From NCBI GenBank assembly GCA_964016885.1, contig OZ024740.1:322772001-322836000 (forward strand): DNA of 64,000 nt, in the 5' to 3' direction. How positions within the stretch are numbered: position 1 is the stretch's first letter; each line of letters opens with the position of its first letter. The notes beneath the pieces were generated by a model, which was not told the origin of the DNA, did no database searches, and saw nothing but the letters and a program-made list of their open reading frames with translations. Of the stretch, positions 1 to 12,538 are shown one piece after another. This stretch comes from Eledone cirrhosa (taxonomy: Eukaryota). A program made the position numbers and the translations under genes.

Positions 1-750
1 ATTGATTTATAAACCCCGACAGAACTCAATATATATATACCAAGGAAATGGAGAATCTATCCAAATATAAAGATCTAGAGATAGACATAACCGAATGTGG
101 AAGATGAAAAGAAAAACAATTTCTATTGTAATAGATGCTCTGGGAATGACAAAAAAAGACACAAACAGATACGTAATCAAAACGCCAAGACTCATAAATA
201 AATAAAACATACACAAAATATTCACACAAGGCACTGCGTTTAGTTGAAGTTATAAGCGACTAAGGTCTGGGGAGCGAAAATCGAACAGCCACCTGTTTTA
301 GAAGAAAGACGCGACAAATCACCCCAGCCTGGTAGCTCTGACAAAGAAAACTGTATAGTGGACTCAAGCTAAAACGATTGAACACAGGAATATTTCTGAC
401 AAACCAAGCCCTCATCAACCTCTTCAAGTTCCACATACAGAGGAAGGTTGGGGTAGAGAGAGGGAGAGGTGTTGCCTTTTATGAAAGATGAGTGTGAATG
501 GCGAGATAGACGAGGTTTAATGGATCCTCTTTGTTTATGCAAGATTAAAGAGACCCAAAGAAATCATTTTCAATGCTCATGGGACAATAGAGGAATCCAG
601 CATTTTGTGTGGGGTTCTCCCAGTTTTAACTATTGATTTTTATTCTGTGTTATCCCCTTTCCTTTACCTTATGTAAACCTTACTCTATGTCATTTTTACT
701 CTTGTATTGTCCTCAATTATTTTGGTCTTTTTGACTAATAAAAGAAATTG
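1..750 (+). mobile_element. Degraded 3' part of a Tx1/L1-clade LINE
   Basis: 425-480 (tcaagttccacatacagaggaaggttggggtagagaggga) resembles the ORF2 C-terminus of the element at 15827-15870. It ends in GGTC-TTTTT-GACT-AATAAAAGAAA followed by (TTA)n. Confidence 0.55.
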
Positions 751-974
751 TTATTATTACTCATGTTTGTTTATCAACGAGTTCGAGTTATTAAGTCATT
801 AAGTTTGTTGTTTTTCATCTGTTATCAAAGCATTGCATTATTTGATTTTTTTGTTACAAGGACTAGACAGGGCGCCATACTTTACCATCAAAATGGCGAC
901 TCCACAATATTTGGGTCGTTGGCCTAATTATTGTATATTTATTTCCAAATCAGACGTCTTAATTAAAAACAAAT

Positions 975-1155
975 AATTATTTCTACTTTTGGCACAAGGC
1001 CAGCAATTATCCCAGTCCATTACTGGTACTTTATTTCATCGACTCCGTAAGGATGAAAGGCAAAGTTAACCTCGGCGGGATTTGAACTCAGACCATAAAA
1101 GGCCGTACCTCTTTGCTGCAAAGCATGGCGTCCGACCATCTACCGATACTGCCAA
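975..1155 (-). mobile_element. tRNA-derived CORE-type SINE
   Basis: Reverse complement has a tRNA-like head with B-box-like GAGTTCAAATCC, the core ctttgcctttcatcc...gatgaaataaagtacc, and tail ggccttgtgccaaaagtagaaa. The same family recurs about 17 times in the window. Confidence 0.85.
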
Positions 1156-1159
1156 TAAA

Positions 1160-2266
1160 CAAATAATGGAGGTGAAAAGCACCCTCACATCCACAAAATG
1201 GAATAGCCACAATCTGCAAGAGTTAAGCATCGTCGATAATGCCTCAGACGTGAGCGAGAGTCGAAAGGTGAAGAGTGCCAAAGACCCCCCTCCCCACTAT
1301 CCCCATTGCCACCACTACTATACCACAAACAAAGCTGCAGTCGCCGTAACCACCAACAACAGAAACAAAAAATGAAACATAAAGAGTCAACCTATCAACC
1401 AGCTAACCAACCAACGAGTCAAATAACCACTAAGTTAGCCAGCTAGCCAGCAAGCCAACCAGTCAACCAGCGAACAATAACTCGGTTTCAAAGCAGACTA
1501 AAACCGCAGCCGGCAAAACAGAAAAATATTCTCATCCAATCAGCTGCTTTCTTCGTGGGTGCGACAAAGAATTTAGAGAAAATAATTCTCAAAGAGGAGG
1601 AAATAAGAGAGGCAAAGTAGATGTTGGAAAAAGGCTACAAAGTGATCCTCAAACCACCATTCATGGTAATGAAATGACACAGCATTGTACGGTGACATAC
1701 CACACAACTGGAGCTAAGTCACACAGGGTGAAGCGGGCTACAGAAGCCAAAATCCCCAAAAGGTTTGAGGTGGGAATAGGGACGTGAAACTCATATTAAT
1801 AAAGACAAAAGTTTTGGACAATGAATGTAATGTTTGCAAGAGGCCATATCACACTCCATAGCAAAACTCAAGAGTGACGAGTTTATTCTGGTGCCCTCTT
1901 ATCGTGACTAATGATTGGGGAAAGTCACGGTAACCAAGGTCTCACACACAGTAGCCACTCCTTGGGTAGAGGTAACTGTCTTCCCTACGTCGAGGTCAAA
2001 ATGACCATACTAGCGGCCTTCAGAATTAAAAAGAGTAAACTGACCCAGTGCGGGAATAGAATAACTTACCCAAACGGACCAAGATTGTATTGACGCAATT
2101 CCCTATATAACAGACCTCACCAATGGCACCAACATTTCTGTGACTATAGAAGGCAGAAAATGAAAGTGTCATATATGAGGCGCAAACACCCATCTCAAGG
2201 ATTTCTGCTTCAACACAAGACACACAACATAAACATCAACACCAAACTCATCCTACTACCACCAGC
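1160..2266 (+). pseudogene. Heavily degraded Tx1-clade ORF1 remnant
   Basis: 1630-1760 translates in pieces to GYKVILKPP...CTVTY...KSHRVKRATEAKI, matching ORF1 of the 10305 element (GYRVSLTPP...CTVSH...KSRRVERASESQI). It carries many stops and frameshifts. Confidence 0.6.
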
Positions 2267-2508
2267 ATTATTATTATTATGGACGCACATGTGTGAAGAC
2301 AGCACAAGTCTACGGGGGAAAAGGTTCGTAACTTTAAGCTGTTTTAAAGTATCATTTTTTTTGTATTTTCTTGTCGTTAACGAAACATAAGGTACACATC
2401 TTGGTTTCAAGAGAGGGATACCTCTCAATATTCGGGCTTTAAGCCCGAATATTCAGATTTACTTTTAAAAACTTCGAAAAAAATCGCTTCCCCACCAAAA
2501 AAAAATAA

Positions 2509-4481
2509 ATGGAAATTTTCGACCTTGAAACGGTAAACAATGTTCAGGTCCAAATTTTAAAAGCAGCCACTGTAGATTTCACCACGACTACGACGGCTAC
2601 AGTCATGCATGTCGTCCACTCTACTGAATGTGAAGGCAAAACTCAAAAGCTACCATCACAACCTTCTGTGATAGCAGCAGTATCATCTGAAAACGATATC
2701 ACCACCACCACCGCCGCCACCACAACAACAACAACTCAGAGCAATAACGACAATAACACCAACAGCTTCAATGTTAACACGGATTGCGGTGGCAACAGCA
2801 ACAACAAACGAAACAACAACAACACCAATAACAACAACAAGAACGACAACACCAACAACAAGAGCATCAGAAACACCACATTTGCTGCAGCAGCAGCAAA
2901 AACAAAGCGCTTATTGGATATTGATATTAGCGATAAAGACGAACAGTGGCCCAGGCGTGGAGGCTAATTAAACGGGAGAAGTCCTGGGCAAACCTGACCA
3001 TCCCGGACGGGGCAATAGTGGCCATGCAAAGGAGGACGGTTTACTTTCGATGCATTTCGGTGCAGACACGAAAGGTGGAACTTGCCAGCCAAGCAGAGGT
3101 CGAGGCTGCCTTGGAGTGCATCGGAAGTGACATAGAGTATAAACCAAGAGCCAAACAGTTCGGTACCATCTCGGTACTGTTCAAAACCCAGACCCTTGCT
3201 ATTAAGCACTTGGTGACCCCCCCGCAGAACGGAACGCATTATCATGCACCCGTCCTACAAGGGTAAAAGGACAGTAAAGGTCCGCATTCCCAGCATCCCA
3301 CCAGGAATGAACATATGGTGGCTGCTGGGATGCGTAATCGAGGAGGGGGCAGACACTACCCTCCTGGATATCAAAAGGACAGAGAGAGAGGACTGGTCCG
3401 AAATGAATTTGGAGATTCTTCTCCAAATGAAACCGGAGGACATGAAAAACATCCCGGATTTTTTCCGCCTGCAAGACGGGACAACAATCCAACTAATCAT
3501 TGACAGAAGAAGGCCACGCTGCTTCGTCTGCGGGGAAGCAACGCATCTGCAAGCCTTCTGCCCTCAGCGCAAAAATGCAGGGGCTCGCAAACCTCCTTTG
3601 TTGCCAACACCAGTGTCAGCACGGAAAGCTGCACCACCACCACCAAAAACAACACCAACGAAGACACGGACACCAACATCAAAAACAGCTGGACCACCAC
3701 CAACACCGAAACCAATCCAAGGGGAAAACGAGGAAAGCTCTTCCACTCACCCTACACCCCAATTATACACATAGACAAAACAATAAACGTACACACAGAC
3801 ACAGAGACACTCACAGCCACAGACCCTTTGTCTTCCAGCAGCGAAGATGAAGGAAAACCCCAAAGTGCAAAAAAACAGGGAAAACTCACAAAAAAAAAGC
3901 CCCAACAAAACACAAAAACATACACAACAAAAAATACAGACACCACTAACGCAAACACTTCCCCAATAACATCAGCACCAACAGCAACATCGACACCACC
4001 CCCACAATCCCCGAAACGCGAACAACCTAAACAAACACAAGTACAAATAAACACACAAATACCTGAAATTGCAGACACCACACCTACAACAAACTCAGAC
4101 ATACCCGAAACAACACCACCAAAACCATCACCACCACAATCACGAAAACGAAAACAAATAAAACCACACCAACAAAATGTTAAAAACTTCGTGCTTGTCA
4201 GAAGGGCCAACGATAAACTGATGGCCCTCTTAGCACGAAGCGAGGACATTCAAACAGAGGGGGAGATTTTTTAAATGAGCACATTTTGAGTGCCAGAAGA
4301 TTTGCTTCTGATCCGAATGTCACTCGATTCCTTCAAAGAAATTCGAGAGAGCTTTCCTCAAGACGTGGGAACCCCGAATGTGAAACCCACATCGAGACTT
4401 TTAAAGGGGTTCCCAAAAGAAACCCCACCAACCATGGAGGTCGAACCACCCGATTTTCACAAGACCCCGGGAGGTAAGTAA
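2509..4481 (+). pseudogene. Tx1-A ORF1 (gag-like zinc-knuckle protein), frameshifted
   Basis: ORF pieces 2509-2967, 2946-3266, 3244-3774 (CFVCGEATHLQAFC), 3828-4274 and 4290-4481 are collinear with ORF1 of element B. Confidence 0.8.
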
Positions 4482-4510
4482 ACCTTCCCTCTCTCTTTTA
4501 GCTTGCCAAC

Positions 4511-5962
4511 ATGGCCATATTAAGAGTAGAAGTTTAAATGTTCGCGGCCTGGGGTCACCCTGGAAGCAGGGTCGCCTGCTCAACGACCTCAGGTCGCTGG
4601 AAATGGATGTGATTGCCGTAAGCGAGACCAGAATTTCCGACATGCGCGCACTAGCCCCCATTTTCTACGACTATCAGATCTTTGCATCTGTTAGCAGGCC
4701 GGGAATGGGAGGTGGGGTGGCAGTGCTGTTTAGGAAAGGACTGGATCTCGAGGTAAGGTCGATCTTCCGGGACCCGGACGGTAAGTTGGTGGTCTTGGAT
4801 GTGAGCAGTAGCGAAGGTGGTGCCTTTAGACTGCTGGCCGTCTACACCACAACAGGGGCCGGACGACCGGACTTCTTTAGGCGCCTGGAGACCTTTCTGG
4901 GTACGTCTCGCCCTTTACTGCTAGCGGGGGACTGGAATGGCATCTTAGACGCACGCTGGGATTGTGTGGGAGTAGCCGATAGGAGCGGGGGGTGCAAAAG
5001 CCTCAAGCACCTATTCAGCCAGTTCCAACTGTCTGACAGGTATCGACAAGATTTCCCCAATGTGCCAGTATGGACATGGACCAACCGAATGGGGTCATCT
5101 AGATCGTATATAGACAGGATCTTCATTAGGAAAATAGATCGAAATAGTGTAGGCTGCCCACTTTTTAAAACGGTCGCCTATTCAGATCACACATTTGTGA
5201 TCTGTACGGTTAACCTAGATAAAACACGTAGGTTAGGACCGGGTTACTGGAAGCTGAACATGTCATTTCAGGCACGTAAGGCTTACAGGGACCGAGTCAA
5301 CAATTTAGTTAACCAAAAGTTGACAGGGGGGGGGATCATCAACAACAGATGGTGGGGGTGGGGGTGGCTCTCAAAAGAGAGATTAGAGTAACTTCGATAG
5401 AGTTCAGCAAAGAACTAGCGTTAGAGAAAAATAGAAAGGAGGCGGAGTGGTAGATAAGTTAGACGAGGCTATTTGTAGTGGCATTGCAACTGACGTGCTC
5501 GCGGCGAGAATGGCATTGGACCATTTCTTCAATGCGAAACACGAAGGTTGCATTGTCAGAGGTAAGGCGCGTGTGCTGAGAAACGAGGGAACCAAAGCTG
5601 CTCGATGGGCCCTTGTTGTTATTTCCTTTGGTGGACCGAGGCGGACACGAGATAAGCGATTCCAAGCGGATGTGTGAGGCCTTTCGCCAGCACTTTGCTC
5701 GGTTGTTCGGGGAGAGTGGCGAGTCAGAGAGAGTAGCGGATTTCAGTCCCTACCTTGATGGCTTGCCGCGCATCTCGACAGTCGACGCTGAGCGCTGCGA
5801 AAGGCCGATTACTTCAGCCGAAATTCAGGACGCCCTTGTCGGCTGCATGAGGCGTAAGTTTGGATGGCCTGCCCTACGAGCTTTACGTAAATATGCCAGA
5901 CTTGTTCTCCGATCTCCTCGAAGCACTCTACTGCAACTGGCAACAGAATGGGTGTATTCCCA
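4511..5962 (+). pseudogene. Tx1-A ORF2: APE endonuclease plus linker, truncated before RT
   Basis: Motifs AVSET, GGGVA, AGDWN, SYIDRIF, SDH and GYWKLN are present. Frameshifts occur. The sequence stops at CNWQQNG. Confidence 0.85.
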
Positions 5963-6070
5963 TAAAAATATTTACACGCACAAAACCCACATCGTACCGT
6001 CCTGTGCCGTCTGTAATGTTTTTCTTGATATCAGCCCTTGTGGCCAGTAAAGAAATCATTATTATTTTAT

Positions 6071-6140
6071 TATATAAAATAAAGTACCAGTAATGCACTG
6101 GGTAATTGCTGGCCTTGTGCCTAAAGCAGAAACAATTATT
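6071..6140 (+). mobile_element. 3' part of the CORE-type SINE
   Basis: ataaaataaagtaccagtaatgcactgggtaattgctggccttgtgcctaaagcagaaacaattatt. Confidence 0.8.
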
Positions 6141-6151
6141 ATTTTATTATT

Positions 6152-7713
6152 GTTCTTTGAGTCTCAGTCATTGATGTTGGTTAACTGGAAAGTTTGTTGA
6201 AATGAATATCAAGCCACTACCTGCAGCCTCAGATATTCAGGACGTATCGGAGGGTTCTTGCTGTTCCCAGCAAGCATGCCTTTTGAAGTGTTCCAAAAAA
6301 CGGGGCGGGGCCAATTTTCTTTAACCATTCCTGGAAACTCTTTGAGATAGTACCTAGTGCGCCTATGACAATCGGGACCACTTTGACTTCATGGCAGTTC
6401 CAAATCCTGTTTACCTCCCACTTTAAGTCCTGGTATCGGTTAATTTTCTCCCTGTCCTTCTCTTGCACTCTCGTGTCGAATGGGCAGGCCACATCCACAA
6501 TCAGGCACGATCTTTTTTCCTTGTCCAAAACCACCAGGTCAGGTCTATTGTGTTCCAGTTTCTTGTCCGTTTGTATCCTAAACTCCCACAGCACCTTCAC
6601 CTGATCGTTTTCTATCACCGACTCTGGCTTATGCTCATACCACTTCTCAGAATGTGGTAAATTGTTTACTTTGCATAGGTGCCAGTGAATCACCCTGCCC
6701 ATCATGTCTCCAGCCTTTATAGTGAGTCTGGGCAAGGTGTTTACACTCGGATACAATGTGAGCCACAGTCTCCTCTCTCCACAGATCCTGCACAGTGGGC
6801 TAGCCTCCTTCTTGTAAATATGGTGTTTCAGACACTTCGTTTTGAGGGCCTGCTCTTGCGCAGCCATTAGCATTCCTTCTCTAGCCTTTTTAAGGTCTCC
6901 TCTTTTCAACCAGTTCCATGTCTGTGGATCTCTGAATTCAGTTTTCTCAAAGAAGGTACTATGAAGGGATTTTTCATGAAGGTTGCTCTTTCTCCTTGTT
7001 GTTATTTCCTCCTTGGACATCCCCCGGTCTATTGTCCTCTCTTTCAGTACAATTCTGAGCATTGGCTCCTTACTATCAGTCACGTATTTGTGTAGGTTGT
7101 TTTTCTCCATCTGAACACAGTCCTCTATGCTGATAAGACCTCTTCCATTCTTCAGATCTCCTTAAGTACAGTCTATCGACATCACTCCTCTTGTGGAACA
7201 TGTTGTAGATAGTCAATAGCTTCCTAGTCTTCCTATCCATTTCTTTTTGTTCAGCAACATTCCATCTCAGAATACCCGCACTGTACCTAATAATAGACAC
7301 AGCTCAGGAATTTACTGCACTTATGGCATTCCTACTGTTCAGATGTAACTTTAATACGCTCCTTACTCTCCGAATGTATTCAGATCTTATCAATTCCTTC
7401 ATTTTTTTGTTCTTGATGTCATCAGCCTCCAGAACACACAAATACTTGTATCCTTCTTCAGTGTCAATTTCCTTTATCATCTCACCTGTTGGTACCTGGA
7501 TTCCGTTGCTTCTGCTCAATTTACCCCTCCTCATCACAAGGAGTCCACACTTACTAATACCATATTGCATACATATATCATTGCTGAAAATACGGACAGT
7601 GTCAACAAGCATATCCAACTCCTTCTCATTCTTCCCGAAGAGCTTAAGATCGTCCATGAAGAGGAGGTGATTGATGGTAAGCTCTCCCTTTCCCAACTTG
7701 TATCCTGCTCTCT
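6152..7713 (-). mobile_element. 5'-truncated R4/Dong-type non-LTR retrotransposon (RT + CCHC + RLE), family A, frameshifted
   Basis: INHLLFMDDLKLF (7304-7696), DVDRLYL, CRICGE, and RPDLVVLD...IVDVACPFD...K..RY.DL (6229-7110). Flanked by (TTA)n. Confidence 0.9.
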
Positions 7714-7715
7714 AA

Positions 7716-7777
<62 letters not shown>

Positions 7778-7778
<1 letters not shown>

Positions 7779-8120
7779 AGTTGCATTTATCTTGCTTTAT
7801 GTTCATACGAGTTATCACCAAGTCACAACCAGTGACCTCAAGAAACAACAAGGTCCGCCATGTTCAAGGAAGAACATACATACTCACACATGCATCTTTA
7901 GTGTTTAGACTTGTGATGTACTTATATTGACAGAATCTTCCTTAGTATATGGGTAGTTCCCATTAGTACTATCTTTTGTATTTCTCCTATACGCGGGTTT
8001 CCTGGGATCTGCGATAAGTAATCATTAGACCCCTTAGGTATCATTCCCAGAGCGCCTACAACCACTGGTATTGTTTTAGTTCTCAATTTCCACATTTTTC
8101 CAATTTCTATCTCCAGGTCC

Positions 8121-8122
<2 letters not shown>
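7778..8122 (-). mobile_element. 345-bp 5'-truncated copy of R4/Dong family B
   Basis: Nearly identical to 8153-8497. Both sides are (TTA)n. Confidence 0.9.
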
Positions 8123-8152
<30 letters not shown>

Positions 8153-8154
<2 letters not shown>

Positions 8155-10237
8155 GTTGCATTTATCTTGCTTTATGTTCATACGAGTTATCACCAAGTCA
8201 CAACCAGTGACCTCAAGAGACAACAAGGTCCGCCATGTTCAAGAAAGAACATACATATTCACACATGCATCTTTAGTGTTTAGACTTGTGATGTACTTAT
8301 ATTGACAGAATCTTCCTTAGTATATGGGCAGTTCCCATTAGTACTATCTTTTGTATTTCTCCTATACGCGGGTTTCCTGGGATTTGCGATAAGTAGTCAT
8401 TATACCCCTTAGGTATCATTCCCAGAGCGCCTACAACCACTGGTATTGTTTTAGTTCTCAATTTCCACATTTTTCCAATTTCTATCTCCAGGTCCTTATA
8501 CTTGCTCAATTTTTCAAATGTTTTTATAGATACATTCTTGTCTATTGGAACAGACATATCAATTAGCAGGCATACCCTCTTTTGAAAGTCCTTCAATATT
8601 ATATCAGGTCTATTTGCATCTATTTTTCGGTCTGTTTGGATGCTAAAGTTCCACAAGATTGAGATGTGATCTTTTTCAAGTATGGGAGGTGGTTGATGCT
8701 CCCACCAATTCTTTTGATGGGGCAGGTCAAAATGCTTACACATTATCCAATGTATGTATTGTGCAGCTCTGTCATGCCTGTTTAGGTATTCGGTTGGAGC
8801 TATAGGACTGCACATTGAAATTATATGGTCAATGGTCTCTGGTTGTTTTTTGCATACACGGCATAATGGGCTGCACCCATTTTTTATTATGTTGGCTTGG
8901 TAATTTTTTGTTGGCAGACACTGATCTTGTGCCGATATAATCAGTCCTTCAGTCTCCGATTTCAGTCCAGAGGATGCCAACCACTGATGGGTTAAAGTTT
9001 TGTCAACATCAGGATTGTTAGCTCGCTCTGGGTATTTTCCATACAGAGGCTTTTCTTGCCATTTCTTAGCCAGTTTCTGTAGCAGTTCTTTCTTTGCAGT
9101 TACTTTTACCTGCTTTGCTTTTTCTGTGTTTTCCTTTTCAGCAGTAAATGGGACTTCTGAAATTTGTAGTCCGTTACTGTATCTTTGTGCATCTTTTGTA
9201 ATGGAATATGATCTTTTGATGCTTTCGTGTTTCAAAACGAGTTTGATCATCCAATCATGTGATTCCCTTAGATATGTAGATAATCCAATTGTTGCAGTTT
9301 TCAACGCAATGTCTAACTGGATTAACCCACGTCCTCCTTCTTTCCTAGGGAGATATATTCTATCTATATCTGCCTTAGGGTGATGCATTCTGTGCATGGT
9401 TAAGAATTTTCGAATTTTTGTATCGAGCCTACGGATCTCTGTGCTTGACCAGTTGATGACATTGTAACTGTAGGTTACTACTGGTATGGCAAGCGTGTTT
9501 ATGGCATCGATCCTATTCCTTGCATTCAATTCCGTTCTTAAGATTGCTCTTACTCTGCGGTAACATTCCTTCCTTATCCTTTCCCTCATTGTCGAGTGAT
9601 TGATTCCGTCTCCTTCACAAACACCTAGATATTTGTAAGTTTTTTCTTGATCAAGTTCTCTTATCACGTTCCCCCGATCAAGATTAATGTCTGAACTCTT
9701 CAGCAGCTTTCCTCTGGTGAACGTTGCTTTGGTGCATTTATCTAGTCCAAACTCCATTTTAATGTCATCACTGAACTGCTTCACAGTGGATAATAGCCCT
9801 TGCAATTGTTCATCATTTTTTGCAAATAGTTTCAGGTCATCCATGTAGAACAGGTGATTAATGGTTTTGTCATAGACTTTATATCCATGTTTTGTTTCAT
9901 TGAGCATTTTACTTAATGGTATAAGTGCGATGCAGAATAAAAGCGGTGATAAAGAGTCACCCTGAAAAATTCCACAATTAATATTAACTTCTCCAGCTTC
10001 CAGTGATTTTGTTTCACTATTCAAAAGGAGTGTCGTTTTCCATGTCTTCATACTGAATGACAAAAACCTCCTGACGACGGGGGATACTTTGAAAATCTCT
10101 AAACATTTTTCAATCCAACTGTGTGGCAAACTATCAAATGCTTTTTTATAATCTATCCAAGCAATCGATAGATTTTGTGTCTATTATGACAATCTTCCAG
10201 TATCATTTTGTTAACCAGAAGCTGATCCTTACAGCCA

Positions 10238-10238
<1 letters not shown>
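8153..10238 (-). mobile_element. 5'-truncated R4/Dong-type element, family B, in (TAA)n
   Basis: Contains the open ORF 8297-10129. Upstream GCKDQLL...WIDYKKAFDS lies across one frameshift. (TTA)n on both flanks. Confidence 0.92.
8297..10129 (-). CDS. R4/Dong ORF fragment: reverse transcriptase C-terminal part, CCHC finger, PD-(D/E)xK restriction-like endonuclease
   Basis: GIFQGDSLSPLLF, YMDD, GGRGL, CRVC...H...C, RHD, and RPDI...IDMSVP...K.SKY. 610 open codons. Confidence 0.9.
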   Translation of the reverse strand: MPHSWIEKCLEIFKVSPVVRRFLSFSMKTWKTTLLLNSETKSLEAGEVNINCGIFQGDSLSPLLFCIALIPLSKMLNETKHGYKVYDKTINHLFYMDDLKLFAKNDEQLQGLLSTVKQFSDDIKMEFGLDKCTKATFTRGKLLKSSDINLDRGNVIRELDQEKTYKYLGVCEGDGINHSTMRERIRKECYRRVRAILRTELNARNRIDAINTLAIPVVTYSYNVINWSSTEIRRLDTKIRKFLTMHRMHHPKADIDRIYLPRKEGGRGLIQLDIALKTATIGLSTYLRESHDWMIKLVLKHESIKRSYSITKDAQRYSNGLQISEVPFTAEKENTEKAKQVKVTAKKELLQKLAKKWQEKPLYGKYPERANNPDVDKTLTHQWLASSGLKSETEGLIISAQDQCLPTKNYQANIIKNGCSPLCRVCKKQPETIDHIISMCSPIAPTEYLNRHDRAAQYIHWIMCKHFDLPHQKNWWEHQPPPILEKDHISILWNFSIQTDRKIDANRPDIILKDFQKRVCLLIDMSVPIDKNVSIKTFEKLSKYKDLEIEIGKMWKLRTKTIPVVVGALGMIPKGYNDYLSQIPGNPRIGEIQKIVLMGTAHILRKILSI

Positions 10239-10304
<66 letters not shown>

Positions 10305-10512
10305 GGCGACCTACGTAGTAAATCGTATCATCGTGAGCTCCGCAAAGGTTTGTTATTTCCGTTTGTTAAAAATTGTCATTTATGGAAAATTTTATTGTTA
10401 ACTGTTTATAAGCGCACATACATTGTTTTCCGAAAAGGACACCCAAAAAGATTGGGGCCTTGTGCCCAAAATTTTAACTTTTATTATTATCCAAAAATTT
10501 CTTTGAAAAAAA

Positions 10513-12504
10513 ATGGCTAATTCCCCTCTGCACGAAGCAGCTGAAAGCCTTCCTCACAAAATAAGACCTCACACCGACACCACCATTGTAAATGTTACTA
10601 CGTTTGCCAACACAAAAAAAAATATAAGCAGTAGCAATATTTTAAATTTGTCTCAGGCAGACATTCATTTCCCGCCATTACCAATGACTGCAGGTGTTAA
10701 AGCCTCCACCACCACCACCACCGCGACAACCCCCCCCCCACCACCGCGACAACAGAAACAAAAGAAGAAAAAAATAAATTAACTCGTGATGTCGAAATGA
10801 AATCAAGCAAAATGGACTCTTCCGCACCAAAGACGACTGACGTCACCACAACCACAACTGAAACTAAAATTAATATTAACACAAATAACGATAGCAACAA
10901 CAACAACAATGACATTATAAAACCGACCCTCAGTTTCGCCATAGTAGCAAAGCAGTTCGAAGCATTCACGGTAACTCAAGAGGATTTAGAAAATGCCAAA
11001 CAAATGGTAAAGAAAGATGGGTACAGGGTCAGCCTCACCCCCCCACCTAATAAAATGGAGCATCGGCGCCTATGCACCGTGTCGCATAGAAAAATAAATG
11101 TAAAATCGCGCCGAGTGGAACGGGCATCCGAGTCCCAAATCCAAAAAGCTTTGGGACATGTGTGGGCAAGAAAAACCCACATCAGACGTGGGCAAAAGTA
11201 TGGAACCGTGGATGTGTTCTTTGAAACACCAGAGGAGGCTAGAGAACACTTCATGGCCCCATTAAAAAGTGACGACTTCACACTCGTCCCAAGCTATTGT
11301 GGCCAGAGACTCGTAAAGATCAGGGTGACCCACGTTCCACCGGCCATCGAAATTCCCTGGCTAATAGCGGCTGTCCTCGCCGGCATCGAAGCCAACACGA
11401 AAATAATAGCAATAGCAAAAGAAAAGCAGGAAAACTGGTCCGGATCTGGGATGGAGCTCCTAATCCAAGCGGACCAAAAAAGCATTGAGGAGATCCCAGA
11501 GGTAATAGACCTCACTGACGGCAGCCACCTCACGGTAATTGTCGAGGGCAGAAGACCTAGGTGTGTCGTTTGTGGTGAAGGAACCCACCTAAGGGCTTTC
11601 TGCCCTCAGGCTAAAAGGTTGAGGCCACCTCTCCTACCCACCCCAGTGACACAACCATCAACACCACCAGTAGCAGAGATGGCAGCAACAACTGTAACAG
11701 CAACAACAGAAGCAACTATAACAGCAACAACCCCAGCAACAGTAGCAAAACCAACACCACTACCACCACCAGCAAAACCAACACCACCACCACCACCCAA
11801 CGCTTCAGAACTAGCACCAGCGCTACACCATCCACCACACCACAACCAAAACTAACGGCTGTGGAGGATTTTCCACTCCCCGGCCTATCACAACTGGAGA
11901 CAGATTGTGACGACGAGGAGTGGGAAACGATATCCGGAAAAAAAAAAGAAACCAAAAAAGAAAAAATTCTCTTACTTCCCCCTCCAAAAACAAAATACAG
12001 AGGGAAACAAATAAACTAAGAAACAAAAAAGTTAGGACAGATATGCCACCATCCACACCAGCATCACCAACCCCATCAACCCAAACACCAACACCATCAC
12101 CATCATTAACTCCAACACCACCGTCACCTACACCACAAAAGTCACCAAAATGCGAAACAGAAACAAACCCACAACAAACGCAAACAAAACAAAACAACCA
12201 AAACGATACACACTACACAGAATTAAATTTGAACAACAAGCAATTATTACACTACATCCAACACAACACCAGCATCACAGAAAAAGACTACACAACAACC
12301 CCAAAATTCACACCACCTCCACACATACAAATCACTCGCATCACACAGAAAACGTACATGACACTAAAACAAAAATTCCCCAAAGACATCGGAGACTTCC
12401 GACAAGCACTCTCCAGGAGGATTTATAAGGACATCCTTCCTGAGGAGGCCACAAGCAGTGAAAATGATGGAAAAACCGTCCTTCCCCTACGAGAAGTAAG
12501 GTAA
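10513..12504 (+). pseudogene. Tx1-B ORF1 (zinc-knuckle nucleic-acid-binding protein), about 3 frameshifts
   Basis: Pieces 10513-10782, 10797-11855 (CVVCGEGTHLRAFC) and 11920-12504. Shifts fall near the C-run at ~10730, at ~11820, and in the A-run at ~11940. Confidence 0.8.
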
Positions 12505-12538
12505 GTGGTCTTTCCCATCTTTTCCACTCCTTTTCAAC

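Larger units (their letters stand above)
2281..6057 (+). mobile_element. Tx1-clade non-LTR retrotransposon A, internally deleted (RT domain lost), in (TTA)n
   Basis: Starts at GG right after (ATT)n. Has ORF1 with a CCHC knuckle and an APE endonuclease, then joins directly to a 3' UTR homologous to that of element B. Ends GCC-CTTGT-GGC CAGTAAAGAAAT followed by (ATT)n. Confidence 0.9.

Noticed and set aside
4474-4501. GTAAGT...ttttAG micro-intron joining ORF1 to ORF2 in Tx1-A
   Set aside because: Only 28 nt long, and Tx1-B has no AG before its ORF2 ATG. Only the donor is kept as a finding.
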